Shown one piece after another: positions 9,040 to 19,305 of a DNA stretch of 64,000 nt. Below the pieces are notes generated by a model that was not told the origin of the DNA, ran no database searches, and saw only the letters and a program-made list of their open reading frames with translations. The DNA is from Blastocatellia bacterium (lineage in GTDB: Bacteria > Acidobacteriota > Blastocatellia > Pyrinomonadales > Pyrinomonadaceae), in the NCBI GenBank assembly GCA_963765045.1, contig CAVXVF010000003.1:171488-235487 (forward strand), written 5' to 3'. Each line of letters opens with the position of its first letter. The first letter of the stretch is position 1. A program made the translations under genes and the position numbers.

Positions 9040-10011
9040 TTGCGTAAACGTATGACTAAATCCATTCTTTTAACGCTGCTGGCGACACTGGTTTCATCTT
9101 TTCTTTTTGCCTCTCGCGGGTCTGCGCAACCTGACCAGGAAAAACAAAAACAGCGGGTGCGTACAGTTTCCATTCCTATCTCGATCTTCACTAAACAGGA
9201 GCTAAAAGAAGGCCAAGCCACGGAATATGTACAGGCGGAGCGACTAATCGTAAAAGAAGACCGCGAAGAACAAACGATACTTTCGATCAGGAGCATTGTC
9301 GATGCACCGCTCGCGTTGGCAATACTCGTTCAGGAAGACCTTGCCTCAAACTTTAATCTTCAGATAAAAGACATCGCGGAATTCATCCGGCGTTTGCCAA
9401 AGGGTTCTCGAGTCATGGTTGCGTATATCCGTGGCGGAAATCTGCAGATAAGGCAGAAATTTACGGACGATCTGGACCTCGCAGCCAAAGGGCTTAGAAT
9501 CGTCACATCCAGTTCCGCTTCGGCTCCACGGAATCCATTTGATGGCGTCATCGATTCTCTCGATCGTTTTGATGCCCTTCCAGCAGGCCGCAGGGCAATA
9601 CTTCTTGTTTCAGACGGCTTGGACGTTTCCCAGGGCATATCGAGCTCTTCACCGGGCCAAAGTATCGATCTGGACCGTGCAATTCTCCGGGCACAGCGAC
9701 GGTCGGTTGCGGTTTATTCGTTCTATTCACCCGCAAGTCTAACGGATGAAGGCGATTCGCGGTTGATTTTGAATGGACAGAGTTCACTTCAAAGACTTTC
9801 GGACGAAACTGGAGGACGTGCTTTTTTTCAGGGCTCGATCGCACCTATAAGCTTCGATCCGTTCTTCAAGGACCTGAGAATATTATTGAATCGCCAGTTC
9901 CTGCTTTCGTATCTGTCGACGCACATGAAAAAGGGATACCATCGTATAGAGGTTATGAGCACCAATCCGGAAGTTAAGATCGAGCACCCGCGAGGTTACT
10001 ATTACCGTTGA
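9040..10011 (+). CDS. VWFA-related domain protein (acidobacterial type), secreted
   Basis: Signal peptide, then AILVQEDL...AILLVSDGLD (MIDAS-like D.S.S context), ending ...IEHPRGYYYR. Resembles the TIGR03436-type family, from memory. Confidence 0.65.
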   Translation: MRKRMTKSILLTLLATLVSSFLFASRGSAQPDQEKQKQRVRTVSIPISIFTKQELKEGQATEYVQAERLIVKEDREEQTILSIRSIVDAPLALAILVQEDLASNFNLQIKDIAEFIRRLPKGSRVMVAYIRGGNLQIRQKFTDDLDLAAKGLRIVTSSSASAPRNPFDGVIDSLDRFDALPAGRRAILLVSDGLDVSQGISSSSPGQSIDLDRAILRAQRRSVAVYSFYSPASLTDEGDSRLILNGQSSLQRLSDETGGRAFFQGSIAPISFDPFFKDLRILLNRQFLLSYLSTHMKKGYHRIEVMSTNPEVKIEHPRGYYYR

Positions 10012-10018
10012 GATCAGG

Positions 10019-10510
10019 CTAGCTAAGCTTCGCCCGGCAAACCGGACAAATACTCACATTTTCCTTCATTAACAACCCGATCCAAAAGAAAATAAAAGTA
10101 AATACGAGAAGAAGAGAAAAGACGATCCAGCCGGCGGTAGAGATTCTTCGTTCGATAATGGGCAAGGAAGTCGTTCCGCAATTCGGACAGCGGTAATTCT
10201 GCGCCATGTATCGTGGACCGCTGTATGCTAGAGGCTGGGCGTTGGTGAAAGGATTGGTGCCTTGCTGCGGATCGTACTGTTGCGTAACCGCGGTTTGTGG
10301 CTTTACTCGCGGCTCGCTCTGAGTTTGATATTCGTCGGTCTTCCAGGAGTACGGACGCGGTGCTTCGTAGTTGTAGTTATTTTGCGAGTAAGGCTCGGCA
10401 GTCTGAAACCTGATGCCGCAAAACCGGCAAAATTGGCTTTGCTCGGCATTTCCCTGTCCGCATTTGGGGCATGTGATCATAGACGTGGCGGTCTGAACGG
10501 AATATTTCAC
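10019..10510 (-). CDS. Zinc-ribbon domain membrane protein
   Basis: CPKCGQ..CRFCG at the N-terminus; CPNCG..CPVCRAKLS flanking a TM segment (AGWIVFSLLLVFTFIFFWIGLL). The start could be the internal MITCPKCG. Confidence 0.65.
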   Translation of the reverse strand: MKYSVQTATSMITCPKCGQGNAEQSQFCRFCGIRFQTAEPYSQNNYNYEAPRPYSWKTDEYQTQSEPRVKPQTAVTQQYDPQQGTNPFTNAQPLAYSGPRYMAQNYRCPNCGTTSLPIIERRISTAGWIVFSLLLVFTFIFFWIGLLMKENVSICPVCRAKLS

Positions 10511-10561
10511 AAATTCACTAACGAATCATACCGTATAAAGTTTCTGTTTTCGACACTGAAT

Positions 10562-11531
10562 TTAGAATTTAATGCGTTCTCCTGTGTTAATAGCTTTGTA
10601 TACGGATTCGACCAGCTCGACAGACTTAAATCCGTCGTCAGCCGTCACGGGCGGCTCGGTGCCATTCAAGATGGCGTCTATAAACGCTTTATCTTCTTGA
10701 ACGTAACCCCATTTTTCTTCTTTCTCGGTCATGTGAAATGACAAAGTCTCGAAATTCGAGTCCATGCCACGCGAGTCAAAAAGCCGTTCCATTTCCTCGG
10801 TCATTATTGTTCTGTGATGACAAAAAACCTCCATGCGTTCGAACGGAAAATGCCAGCTCGCGTCGGACGACGAGGCGAACGTGCAATGAAAACCGCTTTT
10901 GAATTTGAAAATGATAGAAAACTCGTCGATTTCGGGATATTCGTGCTGTGAACCGTAAGCGACAAGCTCTTCGATCTCGCCGAACTGGAAACGCATCATA
11001 TCGAACAAATGAATGGTCGTTTCGTAAAGAAAACCGCCCGTCACATTTACATCGCCCGTCCAGACAGGATTTTTCAGCTCGCCGCGATTCATTTTGATAT
11101 GAGCAGAATGCGGCGTGTCGCTTTGCAGAAGTTCTTTCAGCTTTGCATAAACCGGAGCGTAACGGCGGTTGTGGCCGACTTGAAAAACGCCTTTGCTGGC
11201 ATTTGCAACTGTCGCGAAGTTCCGCTGCGTCTTCGATGCCAATCGAAAATGGCTTCTCGCAAAAGACGTGTTTGCCTTCGGCGATAGCGTTCAGTGCGAT
11301 GTCTTTGTGCGTTTTGTTCGGTGAACACACGAGAACCGCATCGCAATTCGCAAGAAGTTCTTCACGCGACGAACAAACTTTGCCGCCGATGGTTTTCGCC
11401 GTCCGTTCTGCTCGTTCGGGAACGATGTCGAATAACGCAGTAACTTCCGTCCGCTCATCGCGCGAATATATCCTTCCGTGAACGTTGCCGATATAGCCCG
11501 TTCCGACGATTCCGATTCTTACTTTGTCCAT
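10562..11531 (-). pseudogene. Gfo/Idh/MocA family oxidoreductase, interrupted by one frameshift (~11205-11225)
   Basis: The N-terminal Rossmann part MDKVRIGIVGTGYIGNVH...EKPFSIGIEDAAELRD (frame of ORF 10776..11609) continues as ATVANASKGVFQVGHNRRYAP... in the frame of ORF 10562..11242. This could be a sequencing indel. Confidence 0.8.
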
Positions 11532-11634
11532 AGAATTAAGTTGAGAATTGAAAATGGAAAATTGAGAATTCAGAACTGAAAAGCCGACGCTTTTTCCGGC
11601 ATTTTCCATTCTCCATTCTCAATTGTCCATTAAA

Positions 11635-12480
11635 CTACCAGCTTCCGCCAGCGGCGTATTGACCAATGCTCAAAACCTGTTCAGTCGCTGCCTTTGCTTT
11701 TTTCGCGACTTCAAACGGGTCTTGATTCCAGTATTCAGGGCGAAATATTTCGATGCTAACCATGCGGTTGTAGCCAATCTTGTCGAAGTGTTCCTTAATC
11801 TCGGTTATCGGCAGAATTCCAGTCCCCGGATAGAGCCGGTGGGCGTCGGTTAACTGTTCTTTCGGCAGATCTTCAGCGTCATTGATGTGAAAAATGAAAA
11901 GCTTTTCGGGCCGCATCGAATCGATCGCTTCGAATGTAGAATTCCCCGCGTAAAAATGAAAAGTGTCGATAACGTTGCCAATGCTGTCACGACCGACCTT
12001 TTCGACAATCTCGTTACAAAGGTCGAGCGTCTGGACGGAACAATCAGTCTGACCGAGAAATTCGAACGCAAGCGAAACTCCGTGCGGTTCCGAGATGTCG
12101 GCCAGTTCGTTCAGGACACGAACGGATTCTTCGACCACCTGCTCCTTAGTCCCATTTTCGGGCATCAGGCCAGGCACAACGACAATATACGGGCAGCCGA
12201 TTTCGCCAGCGATCTTCGAAAGCTCTTCACATTCGGCCTTAACCTCGGCGTAGTCTTCGGGCGTTCGGAACGTGACGTGTTCGATTGAATTAATCGAATA
12301 AGGCTCAAGGTTGTGCTCGGCAAGAGCCGCTTTCAAGTCGGCAGGCGTATTCACCTTTAGATATTCGTAAAGCTTTGCCGACCATATCTCCAATAAGTCA
12401 AAACCGGCTGCCGAAGCGGCCTTAATGTCGGTCAAAAGATCGGCATGCATCGTGGTGGCGCCGTTCAGGGCAATTTTCAT
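11635..12480 (-). CDS. Sugar phosphate isomerase/epimerase (xylose-isomerase-like TIM barrel)
   Basis: 281 aa. AAGFDLLEIW, a PGLMPENG-type loop, and FHINDAEDLP (metal-binding H/D/E pattern), as in AP-endonuclease-2/TIM barrel family members. Confidence 0.75.
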   Translation of the reverse strand: MKIALNGATTMHADLLTDIKAASAAGFDLLEIWSAKLYEYLKVNTPADLKAALAEHNLEPYSINSIEHVTFRTPEDYAEVKAECEELSKIAGEIGCPYIVVVPGLMPENGTKEQVVEESVRVLNELADISEPHGVSLAFEFLGQTDCSVQTLDLCNEIVEKVGRDSIGNVIDTFHFYAGNSTFEAIDSMRPEKLFIFHINDAEDLPKEQLTDAHRLYPGTGILPITEIKEHFDKIGYNRMVSIEIFRPEYWNQDPFEVAKKAKAATEQVLSIGQYAAGGSW

Positions 12481-12708
12481 TGTAATAACTCCAAATCATC
12501 GAAAATATTAGTGAAATTTTAACATGATGAGATGACAGGCGGAAACCTGAGCGGTAGCTAGGGTGATCCGAATCAGATTCGGAAATTTAAGAACACACTC
12601 CTACCAGCTCGTGTTTCAGCCTTTTCTCGTGCAACGCTGGAAATTGCCATTTCGTCAAAGAATCGGGTAATCTTGTTTTAACGCTCCGAGCTTCCCGCAT
12701 TACCAAAT

Positions 12709-14070
12709 ATGACAAAATATCTGCTACTTTTTACAGCAATCGTTATCGGTTTCGCCCCTGTTTTCGGCCAGCAATCGGACGCAGCATTGCGTCGTGTTCG
12801 CGAGCAGGACTCGATAAGCCGCGATTCTTCGGGCAAACTGCAAACTCTGTCGGCTGCCGAACATCTTTCGCGAGCAGAGACGTATTCGAGCAATAGATTA
12901 TTTCCTGAGGCACGCGAGCACTGGTCAAAGTTTTTCGAAAATTATCCTGCCGACGTGGGCATTCCAAAGGCATTGTTTGGAACTGCTCGATCTTACATGT
13001 GGGAACGAAAATATGGTGATGCGGTCAAGTGGTTCGACAAACTGACCAAAGACCATCTAAATACAAAGGACGGCCGCGAAGGACTCGCGTTTAAAGGAGC
13101 TTCGTATGTTCGGATGGGTAAAAATCTTGAGGCAGCAAAAACATATGAGCAGTATGTAACGATGTTCCCGCAAGGCGAACGCATCGAATCGGCACATCTG
13201 AATATAATCGACGCTTATCGCGAGGCGGGCAAATATGATGAAGCATACCAGTGGGTTGAACGCACCGTTCAGCAATTTCCCGGCAAACCGTCTGAGGTCA
13301 ATGCATTGCATGCCCGGCTGCGATTAGAGATCAACCGTGAAAATTGGAATGCGGCTGTAACCACGGCGGAGCAACTTCTCAGCGGAAAGCAGTTCGCTGG
13401 TTCGATGGCAAGCAGCGACGAGGTTAAGTATCTTCGAGCGTTCGCACTTGAAAGATCCGGCAGAAAATCAGATGCAGGAGCCTCGTATGCATCTGTCGGC
13501 TCATCGTATTTCGGCGGCTTGGCGCGTGAAAGGCGAAGCAAAATGGGCATCCAAACGATAGCCGCCGTCATACCTCGGAATTTCACCGAGTATCCGGTTC
13601 CCTTCCGTACCGAACTTTTACGCGAAGCGAATAAACACAAAATCGATCCGCGCTTTCTGCTCGCGATAATGAAGCAGGAAAGTAGTTTCAAGCCGAATGC
13701 TAAATCGCCTGCCGGAGCACGTGGGCTTCTACAGTTTGTTTTCGATACGGCCATAAAGTACAACAAGAAGGCCGGTTACGCGAATCTACAGCCGGACGAT
13801 CTTTACAAACCCGCAGTAAGTATCGCCGTAGGCAGCGTTTATGTAGCGGAATTGAAGGATGAGTTTGGCGGACTCTACGAAGCAATCGCGGCCAGCTACA
13901 ACGGCGGCGAGGACAACGCGACACGATGGCTGAACCGCACCAAACCGAAAGACGCGGGCATTTTCGCATCGGAAATAGGATTTGCCGAAACGAAGAACTA
14001 TGTCTTCAAGGTAATGAACAATTACCGAGTCTATCGCGAACTTTATACGGAAAATCTTCAACGGCGCTAA
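12709..14070 (+). CDS. TPR-containing soluble lytic transglycosylase (SLT domain)
   Basis: Signal peptide and N-terminal TPR-like helices. The C-terminal SLT motifs are LLAIMKQESSFKPNAKSPAGARGLLQF and YNGG. Confidence 0.85.
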   Translation: MTKYLLLFTAIVIGFAPVFGQQSDAALRRVREQDSISRDSSGKLQTLSAAEHLSRAETYSSNRLFPEAREHWSKFFENYPADVGIPKALFGTARSYMWERKYGDAVKWFDKLTKDHLNTKDGREGLAFKGASYVRMGKNLEAAKTYEQYVTMFPQGERIESAHLNIIDAYREAGKYDEAYQWVERTVQQFPGKPSEVNALHARLRLEINRENWNAAVTTAEQLLSGKQFAGSMASSDEVKYLRAFALERSGRKSDAGASYASVGSSYFGGLARERRSKMGIQTIAAVIPRNFTEYPVPFRTELLREANKHKIDPRFLLAIMKQESSFKPNAKSPAGARGLLQFVFDTAIKYNKKAGYANLQPDDLYKPAVSIAVGSVYVAELKDEFGGLYEAIAASYNGGEDNATRWLNRTKPKDAGIFASEIGFAETKNYVFKVMNNYRVYRELYTENLQRR

Positions 14071-14184
14071 ACTTCAGGAAAATTACCCCAATTAACCATT
14101 TCTTCAGTCGAAGTGGTCACATTTAATATTGCGGTCGGAAGATTAGACGCGGGCGTCAGCATATCAGGCGCTTTTTTAGAAGTT

Positions 14185-14505
14185 ATGGACGAATTAGTTC
14201 CAAGACAGCAGAATCGGGTTGCAGTGCCGCTGACAATTCAGCTAGAGTCTGCGTCGGGGAACAGCGAAGCCCGGATAACCGACCTAAGCCTGGGCGGATG
14301 TTATGTAGATAGTATCTTCGGCGTTCAGCCGGGACGCAGCGTTAATTTCAACCTCGCCTTGCCGTCTGGACGATCGGGAAAGATGTCTGGGACTATCGTT
14401 TACGTGCACGAAGGCATCGGTTTTGGATTGCAGTTCAACGATTTGACTAGCGAACAGCGGACCATGCTGGAACAATTAATTCGAGTGTGCGGCGGCAGTG
14501 TGTAG
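14185..14505 (+). CDS. PilZ domain protein (c-di-GMP receptor)
   Basis: RQQNR (RxxxR) and DLSLGG (D/NxSxxG) motifs. The track ORF starts at GTG 14113; ATG 14185 is more plausible. Confidence 0.75.
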   Translation: MDELVPRQQNRVAVPLTIQLESASGNSEARITDLSLGGCYVDSIFGVQPGRSVNFNLALPSGRSGKMSGTIVYVHEGIGFGLQFNDLTSEQRTMLEQLIRVCGGSV

Positions 14506-14559
14506 CATTTACCCGGGAATCGAAGACGAAAGCCTTTCGCAACCTCCGTTCAAGTTTTT

Positions 14560-15804
14560 TTATAACGCTTTCTCTTCCCAATCGCCTTGCCCCTCGCGTT
14601 CAACGTGATACCCGGCTGCTTCGAGATGAGCGTGGACGTCTCGAGCGTGCTGTTGATCGCGGACCTCCAGAATCATCTCAATTCCTACACGGCCTAGCGG
14701 AGCGAGCCATATCGCACGCTGGTGATACACCTCGACAACATTTGCACCGGTCTCGGCTACCTGATTGAGCAGCCCGGCAAGCATACCCGGACGATCCAGA
14801 ACAAGCACCTTCAATATCACATAACGGCCGTGACGAACAAGAACCTGTTCGAGGATGCGTGCCAATAGGTTGGCATCGATATTTCCGCCGCACAATATCG
14901 TACAAACGGTGTCGTTCGGCTTAACAATTATCTTCTTTCCGAGAAGAGCGGCAACACCGGCGGCTCCCGCACCTTCTACGACAAGACGCGAATTCTGAGC
15001 GCAGTGAAAAATACCGAGGGCGATCTCTTCCTCGCTTACCTCGACTATCTCATCGACAAACTCGCGGATCAAAGGCAAAGTCTTTTCGCCCGGACGCTTT
15101 ACCGCGATGCCATCGGCGATGGTTGGCTGCTGGTCTGTTATCTCGACAGGCTCTCCGGCAGCAAGCGATCGTTTAACCGTGGCGACGTTCTCAGCCTGCA
15201 CACCGACGACGCGAACGTTCGGCAGCAAGTTTTTGACCGCAATAGCGATCCCAGAAATAATCCCGCCGCCGCCGATCGGCACGATGACGACAGTCACGTC
15301 AGGAAGGTCCCGCACCAATTCCAAACCGATAGTTCCCTGCCCGGCGATGACCAATTCGTCGTCGAATGCGTGAACGTAGATGTAGCCGTGCTCAGCCTGC
15401 AACTGCCGCGAATGGGCGACCGCCTCGTCAAAGCTTGCACCTTTCAGAATCACATCGGCACCCTGAGCCTTGGTCGCGATTATTTTTGTCAGCGGAGCGA
15501 ACTCGGGAAGGACGATAGTCGCTTTGATGTTGTTTAGCCGAGCGGCGAGAGCAACACCTTGGGCATGATTTCCAGCCGAAGCGGTGACTACGCCACGTTT
15601 CTTTTCTTCGTCGGTAAGTCGCGTAATCTTGTTGTACGCACCGCGGACCTTGAACGAACCACCCCGTTGGAGACATTCCGCTTTGAGAAACGCATTTGCG
15701 CCGATCTCGGCGGAAAGCTTCTCATCGGCGATGATCGGTGTTGGTATTATTATGCTTTTTAGAAGTTCGCGAGCATCTTCGATGTCCGAAAGTTGTACTG
15801 TCAT
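14560..15804 (-). CDS. ilvA: Threonine ammonia-lyase (threonine dehydratase) with C-terminal ACT-like domain
   Basis: PLP-fold motifs SFKVRGA, ASAGNHAQG and GGGGIISG. ATG at 15804 (MTVQLSDIEDAREL). Confidence 0.88.
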   Translation of the reverse strand: MTVQLSDIEDARELLKSIIIPTPIIADEKLSAEIGANAFLKAECLQRGGSFKVRGAYNKITRLTDEEKKRGVVTASAGNHAQGVALAARLNNIKATIVLPEFAPLTKIIATKAQGADVILKGASFDEAVAHSRQLQAEHGYIYVHAFDDELVIAGQGTIGLELVRDLPDVTVVIVPIGGGGIISGIAIAVKNLLPNVRVVGVQAENVATVKRSLAAGEPVEITDQQPTIADGIAVKRPGEKTLPLIREFVDEIVEVSEEEIALGIFHCAQNSRLVVEGAGAAGVAALLGKKIIVKPNDTVCTILCGGNIDANLLARILEQVLVRHGRYVILKVLVLDRPGMLAGLLNQVAETGANVVEVYHQRAIWLAPLGRVGIEMILEVRDQQHARDVHAHLEAAGYHVEREGQGDWEEKAL

Positions 15805-15957
15805 TATGGCAACGAGTATAAGCGAAAAGCCGGGAAATTGAAAAAAGCTCGCACACACAAATCAGCACCGGATTAGTACTGCAAACGCATCTTCTTACAG
15901 TCGCGTTTTACTCTAAAATAAGTTATATTCGCATGTATCTATTGATTGGAGGACAAA

Positions 15958-16974
15958 ATGGAGCTTCTTGGCGGTGTCGGACTTGTTTTTCTTTTATTTT
16001 TCGGAATCGCTTTGCTGGTCGTCGCTTGGAAAACGATCAAGATCGTGCCGCAATCGAGCGTTTTGCTGATCGAGCGTCTCGGACGTTTTCATCGCGTAGC
16101 GGCCAGCGGCTTGAATATTATAGTTCCATTTTTTGAGTCGCCGCGTGCGGTTTACTGGACAAACACTCGTCCGGGCACAACTTTTATCGACTCACGCGAG
16201 CAGTTTATCGACCTGCCGTCGCAATCGGTTATTTCACGCGACAACGTGATGATGGGTGTCGATTCGGTCGTTTACTGGCAGATAACCGATCCGATCAAAG
16301 CGACGTATGAGGTCAATGATCTTGTCGGCTCGATCGTGCAGTTGACCTTTACGGGAATGCGTTCGGTGATCGGTAAGCTCGATCTAGATCATACGCTCTC
16401 TTCACGCGATCAGATCAACAACGAGCTTCGCATGATTCTCGACGAAGCGACCAATAAATGGGGCGTAAAAGTCACCCGCGTTGACATCAAAAACATTACG
16501 CCGCCGGAAGACGTTCGCATCACGATGGAAAAACAGATGACTGCCGAGAGAAACAGACGTGCTTTGATTCTCACTGCTGAGGGCGATAAACAGGCTGCCA
16601 TCACTCGTGCCGAAGGTGAAAAACAAGCTGCGATCACGAGGTCCGAAGGCGAAAAGGAATCTGCTATTTTGCAAGCTGACGGTGCGGCACAAGCAAGATT
16701 GAAGTCGGCCGGTGCCGACGCTCAGGCGATCGCTCAGATCTCCCAGGCGATTGGAAGCGCGGAACAAACAACTCAATACTTGATAACTTCCCGCTATATA
16801 GAATCACTGCGCGACATGACGCGAACCCAAAACTCAAAAGTAATCTTTATGCCGATGGAAACCTCAACTTTGCTCTCAAGTATTGGAGCAATCAAAGAAG
16901 TTCTGGCGGAAACCGGAGAAAAATCCGAAGTATTGCCCGCGACCCCACGTTCGCCACGGGAGCTGAACCAATAA
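15958..16974 (+). CDS. SPFH/band-7 (stomatin/slipin-like) protein
   Basis: TM anchor, then IVPQSSVLLIERLGRFHRV..., followed by a repeated QAAITRAEGEK coiled region. A GGAGG sits 5 nt upstream of ATG 15958. Confidence 0.85.
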   Translation: MELLGGVGLVFLLFFGIALLVVAWKTIKIVPQSSVLLIERLGRFHRVAASGLNIIVPFFESPRAVYWTNTRPGTTFIDSREQFIDLPSQSVISRDNVMMGVDSVVYWQITDPIKATYEVNDLVGSIVQLTFTGMRSVIGKLDLDHTLSSRDQINNELRMILDEATNKWGVKVTRVDIKNITPPEDVRITMEKQMTAERNRRALILTAEGDKQAAITRAEGEKQAAITRSEGEKESAILQADGAAQARLKSAGADAQAIAQISQAIGSAEQTTQYLITSRYIESLRDMTRTQNSKVIFMPMETSTLLSSIGAIKEVLAETGEKSEVLPATPRSPRELNQ

Positions 16975-16994
16975 GAAAAGGAAAGGTGAATTTT

Positions 16995-17591
16995 ATGCTG
17001 AAGATAATTGGAGTGGTTGCCGTTTTGGCTGTTATAGGTGTTACGGCTGTGGCGTACGCTTATGGCTTTATATTCAATCCGTCGCCTTCGACGCCGCCAA
17101 AGGAAAAATCTATGTACGAATTTGCAATGAAAGATATCGACGGTAAAGACGTAAAGCTTGATGCTTATAAGGGCAAGGTGGTGATGATCGTCAACACGGC
17201 CAGCAAATGCGGCCTTACGCCGCAGTACGAAGGCCTGCAGGCTCTTTACGACAACTACAAGGACAAAGGCTTTACAATCCTGGGCTTTCCGGCAAATAAC
17301 TTTATGGGCCAGGAACCGGGCACAGAAAAAGAGATCAAAGAATTCTCCGCTCTGAAATATAAAGTGTCGTTCCCGATGTTCTCTAAAATCTCGGTAAAGG
17401 GCACGGACCAGCATCCGTTTTATACGTTTCTCACTAACAAGGAAACAAACGCCGGTTTTGACGGCGACATTACGTGGAACTTCGAAAAATTCGTGGTCGA
17501 TAAATCGGGCAAAGTGATCGCAAGGTTTAGCCCCAAAACGACTCCGGACGACCCGGAGATTGCTAAAACCATCGAAAATGCTCTGAAATAA
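16995..17591 (+). CDS. Glutathione peroxidase (Cys-type), membrane-anchored or secreted
   Basis: VNTASKCGLTPQY, GFPANNF and WNFEKF motifs. N-terminal hydrophobic segment. Confidence 0.88.
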   Translation: MLKIIGVVAVLAVIGVTAVAYAYGFIFNPSPSTPPKEKSMYEFAMKDIDGKDVKLDAYKGKVVMIVNTASKCGLTPQYEGLQALYDNYKDKGFTILGFPANNFMGQEPGTEKEIKEFSALKYKVSFPMFSKISVKGTDQHPFYTFLTNKETNAGFDGDITWNFEKFVVDKSGKVIARFSPKTTPDDPEIAKTIENALK

Positions 17592-17620
17592 AGGCCTCGT
17601 AATTCTATTGCTTGAGTTTG

Positions 17621-17668
17621 AGCCTGCCGGTAATATGTAAAATGCCGCAGGCTTAATTCATTTTGTTT
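17621..17668 (+). terminator. Hairpin terminator after the gpx-like gene
   Basis: agcctgccgg pairs with ccgcaggct (9 bp with a 1-nt bulge), followed by a T-rich tail cattttgtttct. Confidence 0.45.
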
Positions 17669-17670
17669 CT

Positions 17671-18744
17671 ATGAAATTCGTAAAAATAGTTTTTCTTCTA
17701 ATTGTTCTCGCGATCGCCGCAATCGCTTGCGGCTCGTATTGGATATACAACTCTCTCAATTCTCCGCACGAACACGATAAAGCGAGTCAGTTCATAAAGA
17801 TCGAAAAAGGCACGTCGCCAGCCGATATTGTCGCCAGGCTGAACGCCGAAGGTATTTTGTCGAGCCAGCTTCCGGTCCAGATATATCTACGCTTCTTCTC
17901 CGACGCTTCCAAACTACAGGCCGGCGAATACCAGTTCGCATCGCCAATCACGCCGCTACAGGTTTTGAAAGAACTTGAATCGGGCGAAGAGCGGACGACG
18001 AAGCTCACTATTCCCGAAGGCTTTACGCTCTTTGATATAGCCAAGCGGATCGCGGCCAATTTTCCGCAAGACCCGCCAATGGATGATAAACAGATACTTC
18101 TGCTCATGGAAGACACAAGCCTCATCCGCGACATCGCCCCGACCGCAAAAAACCTCGAAGGCTATATGTATCCGAGCACCTACAACTTTCCAAAAGGTGC
18201 GAAGGCCGCTGATATTATTAAAATAACTGTTGAGCAGTTTAAAAAGATCTGGAAACCAGAATGGAACGCACTGGCACAGAAGATCGGACGCACACCGCAA
18301 GAAATCGTCACGATTTCGTCGTTGATCGAAACCGAATCTAAATTCGACGCCGAAAGGCAGAAAGTTGCGTCTGTAATTTACAATCGTTTAAGCAAGAATA
18401 TTCCTCTTGGTATCGACCAAACCGCCGTTTATATTGCAAAAATGGAGGGACGTTGGGACGGCACAATCAACAAAAGCGACCTTGAATCGAACTCGCCATA
18501 TAACACGCGCCGTTACGGCGGCATTCCGCCCGGCCCGATATCGTCCGTCACCGAAAGCTCGATAAACGCCGCTCTGAATCCGGCACAAACCGACTATATT
18601 TTTTATGTACTGAACGTGCAGGCAAATGACGGCTCGCATCATTTTTACTCGTCGGCGGGTGAGTTCGAGAAAGGTAAGGCTGAGTATCAAAGGTGGCTTG
18701 AAAAAGAAAGGCAAGAGAAACGGGAGCTAAACAATAATAATTGA
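17671..18744 (+). CDS. mltG: Endolytic murein transglycosylase MltG (YceG family)
   Basis: N-terminal TM, then LTIPEGF, ASLIE.E, YNTR...GLPPGPI-like (YNTRRYGGIPPGPISS) and YFYV motifs. Confidence 0.88.
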   Translation: MKFVKIVFLLIVLAIAAIACGSYWIYNSLNSPHEHDKASQFIKIEKGTSPADIVARLNAEGILSSQLPVQIYLRFFSDASKLQAGEYQFASPITPLQVLKELESGEERTTKLTIPEGFTLFDIAKRIAANFPQDPPMDDKQILLLMEDTSLIRDIAPTAKNLEGYMYPSTYNFPKGAKAADIIKITVEQFKKIWKPEWNALAQKIGRTPQEIVTISSLIETESKFDAERQKVASVIYNRLSKNIPLGIDQTAVYIAKMEGRWDGTINKSDLESNSPYNTRRYGGIPPGPISSVTESSINAALNPAQTDYIFYVLNVQANDGSHHFYSSAGEFEKGKAEYQRWLEKERQEKRELNNNN

Positions 18745-18773
18745 CGTAACTACATTATGTAGCTACACTATAT

Positions 18774-19049
18774 ATGAGATATGAATGGGATGAACCGAAG
18801 CGGCTCGCAAATTTGCATAGACACGGAATCGATTTCGCTGATGTTTATCAGGTATTCGATTTTGATAGATATTTGTTCGAAGATGATAGGTTCGATTACG
18901 GGGAAACACGTTGGATAACCTTCGGCCTTCTCTTTGGCCAAGTGGTCGTGATTGCCCATACCGAAACAGATGAGGTTATCAGAATAATTTCTGTACGAAG
19001 AGCTGAAAAAGATGAGCAAGAAACATACTTTAAAAATATACGGGACTGA
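18774..19049 (+). CDS. brnT: BrnT family ribonuclease toxin (DUF497)
   Basis: MRYEWDEPKRLANLHRHGIDFADV...DYGETRW...VIRIISVRRAEKDE is a typical BrnT sequence. Confidence 0.8.
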   Translation: MRYEWDEPKRLANLHRHGIDFADVYQVFDFDRYLFEDDRFDYGETRWITFGLLFGQVVVIAHTETDEVIRIISVRRAEKDEQETYFKNIRD

Positions 19050-19293
19050 CATTGAGCGGTTACGGAACATGAAGGACGAAGACATCGATTTCTCGGATAT
19101 CCCCAAAACGACCCCTGAGATGTGGGCTAAAGGATTTGTAAGAAAGGGATTTAAGGTGATTCCACCGAAAAAACAGCTTACTCTTAGGATTGACCAAGAC
19201 GTGATCGACTTTTTTCGAACGCAAGGTCAGGGTTATCAAACAAAGATTAACCAATTACTTAGAGCGTATATGGAAGCTCACAAGGCCAAGTAA
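19012..19293 (+). CDS. brnA: BrnA antitoxin
   Basis: DIDFSDIPKTTPEMWAK...KKQLTLRIDQDVIDFFRTQGQGYQTKINQLLRAYME is a typical BrnA (RHH-like) sequence. Overlaps brnT. The start is uncertain, with an internal Met near 19069. Confidence 0.78.
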   Translation: MSKKHTLKIYGTDIERLRNMKDEDIDFSDIPKTTPEMWAKGFVRKGFKVIPPKKQLTLRIDQDVIDFFRTQGQGYQTKINQLLRAYMEAHKAK

Positions 19294-19305
19294 TTGCTGT
19301 CATCA

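Noticed and set aside
11532-11634. N-terminal extension MENAGKSVGFSVLNSQFSIFNSQLNS of ORF 10776-11609
   Set aside because: This stretch is an inverted-repeat, terminator-like region (gagaattgaaaatggaaaat / attttccattctccattctc) following the upstream gene. The real start is ATG 11531, immediately before the Rossmann motif.
16540-16680. Tandem nucleotide repeats that might suggest a CRISPR or VNTR
   Set aside because: They are in-frame coding repeats (QAAITRAEGEK x2-3) inside the SPFH protein. No repeat-spacer periodicity occurs anywhere in the window.
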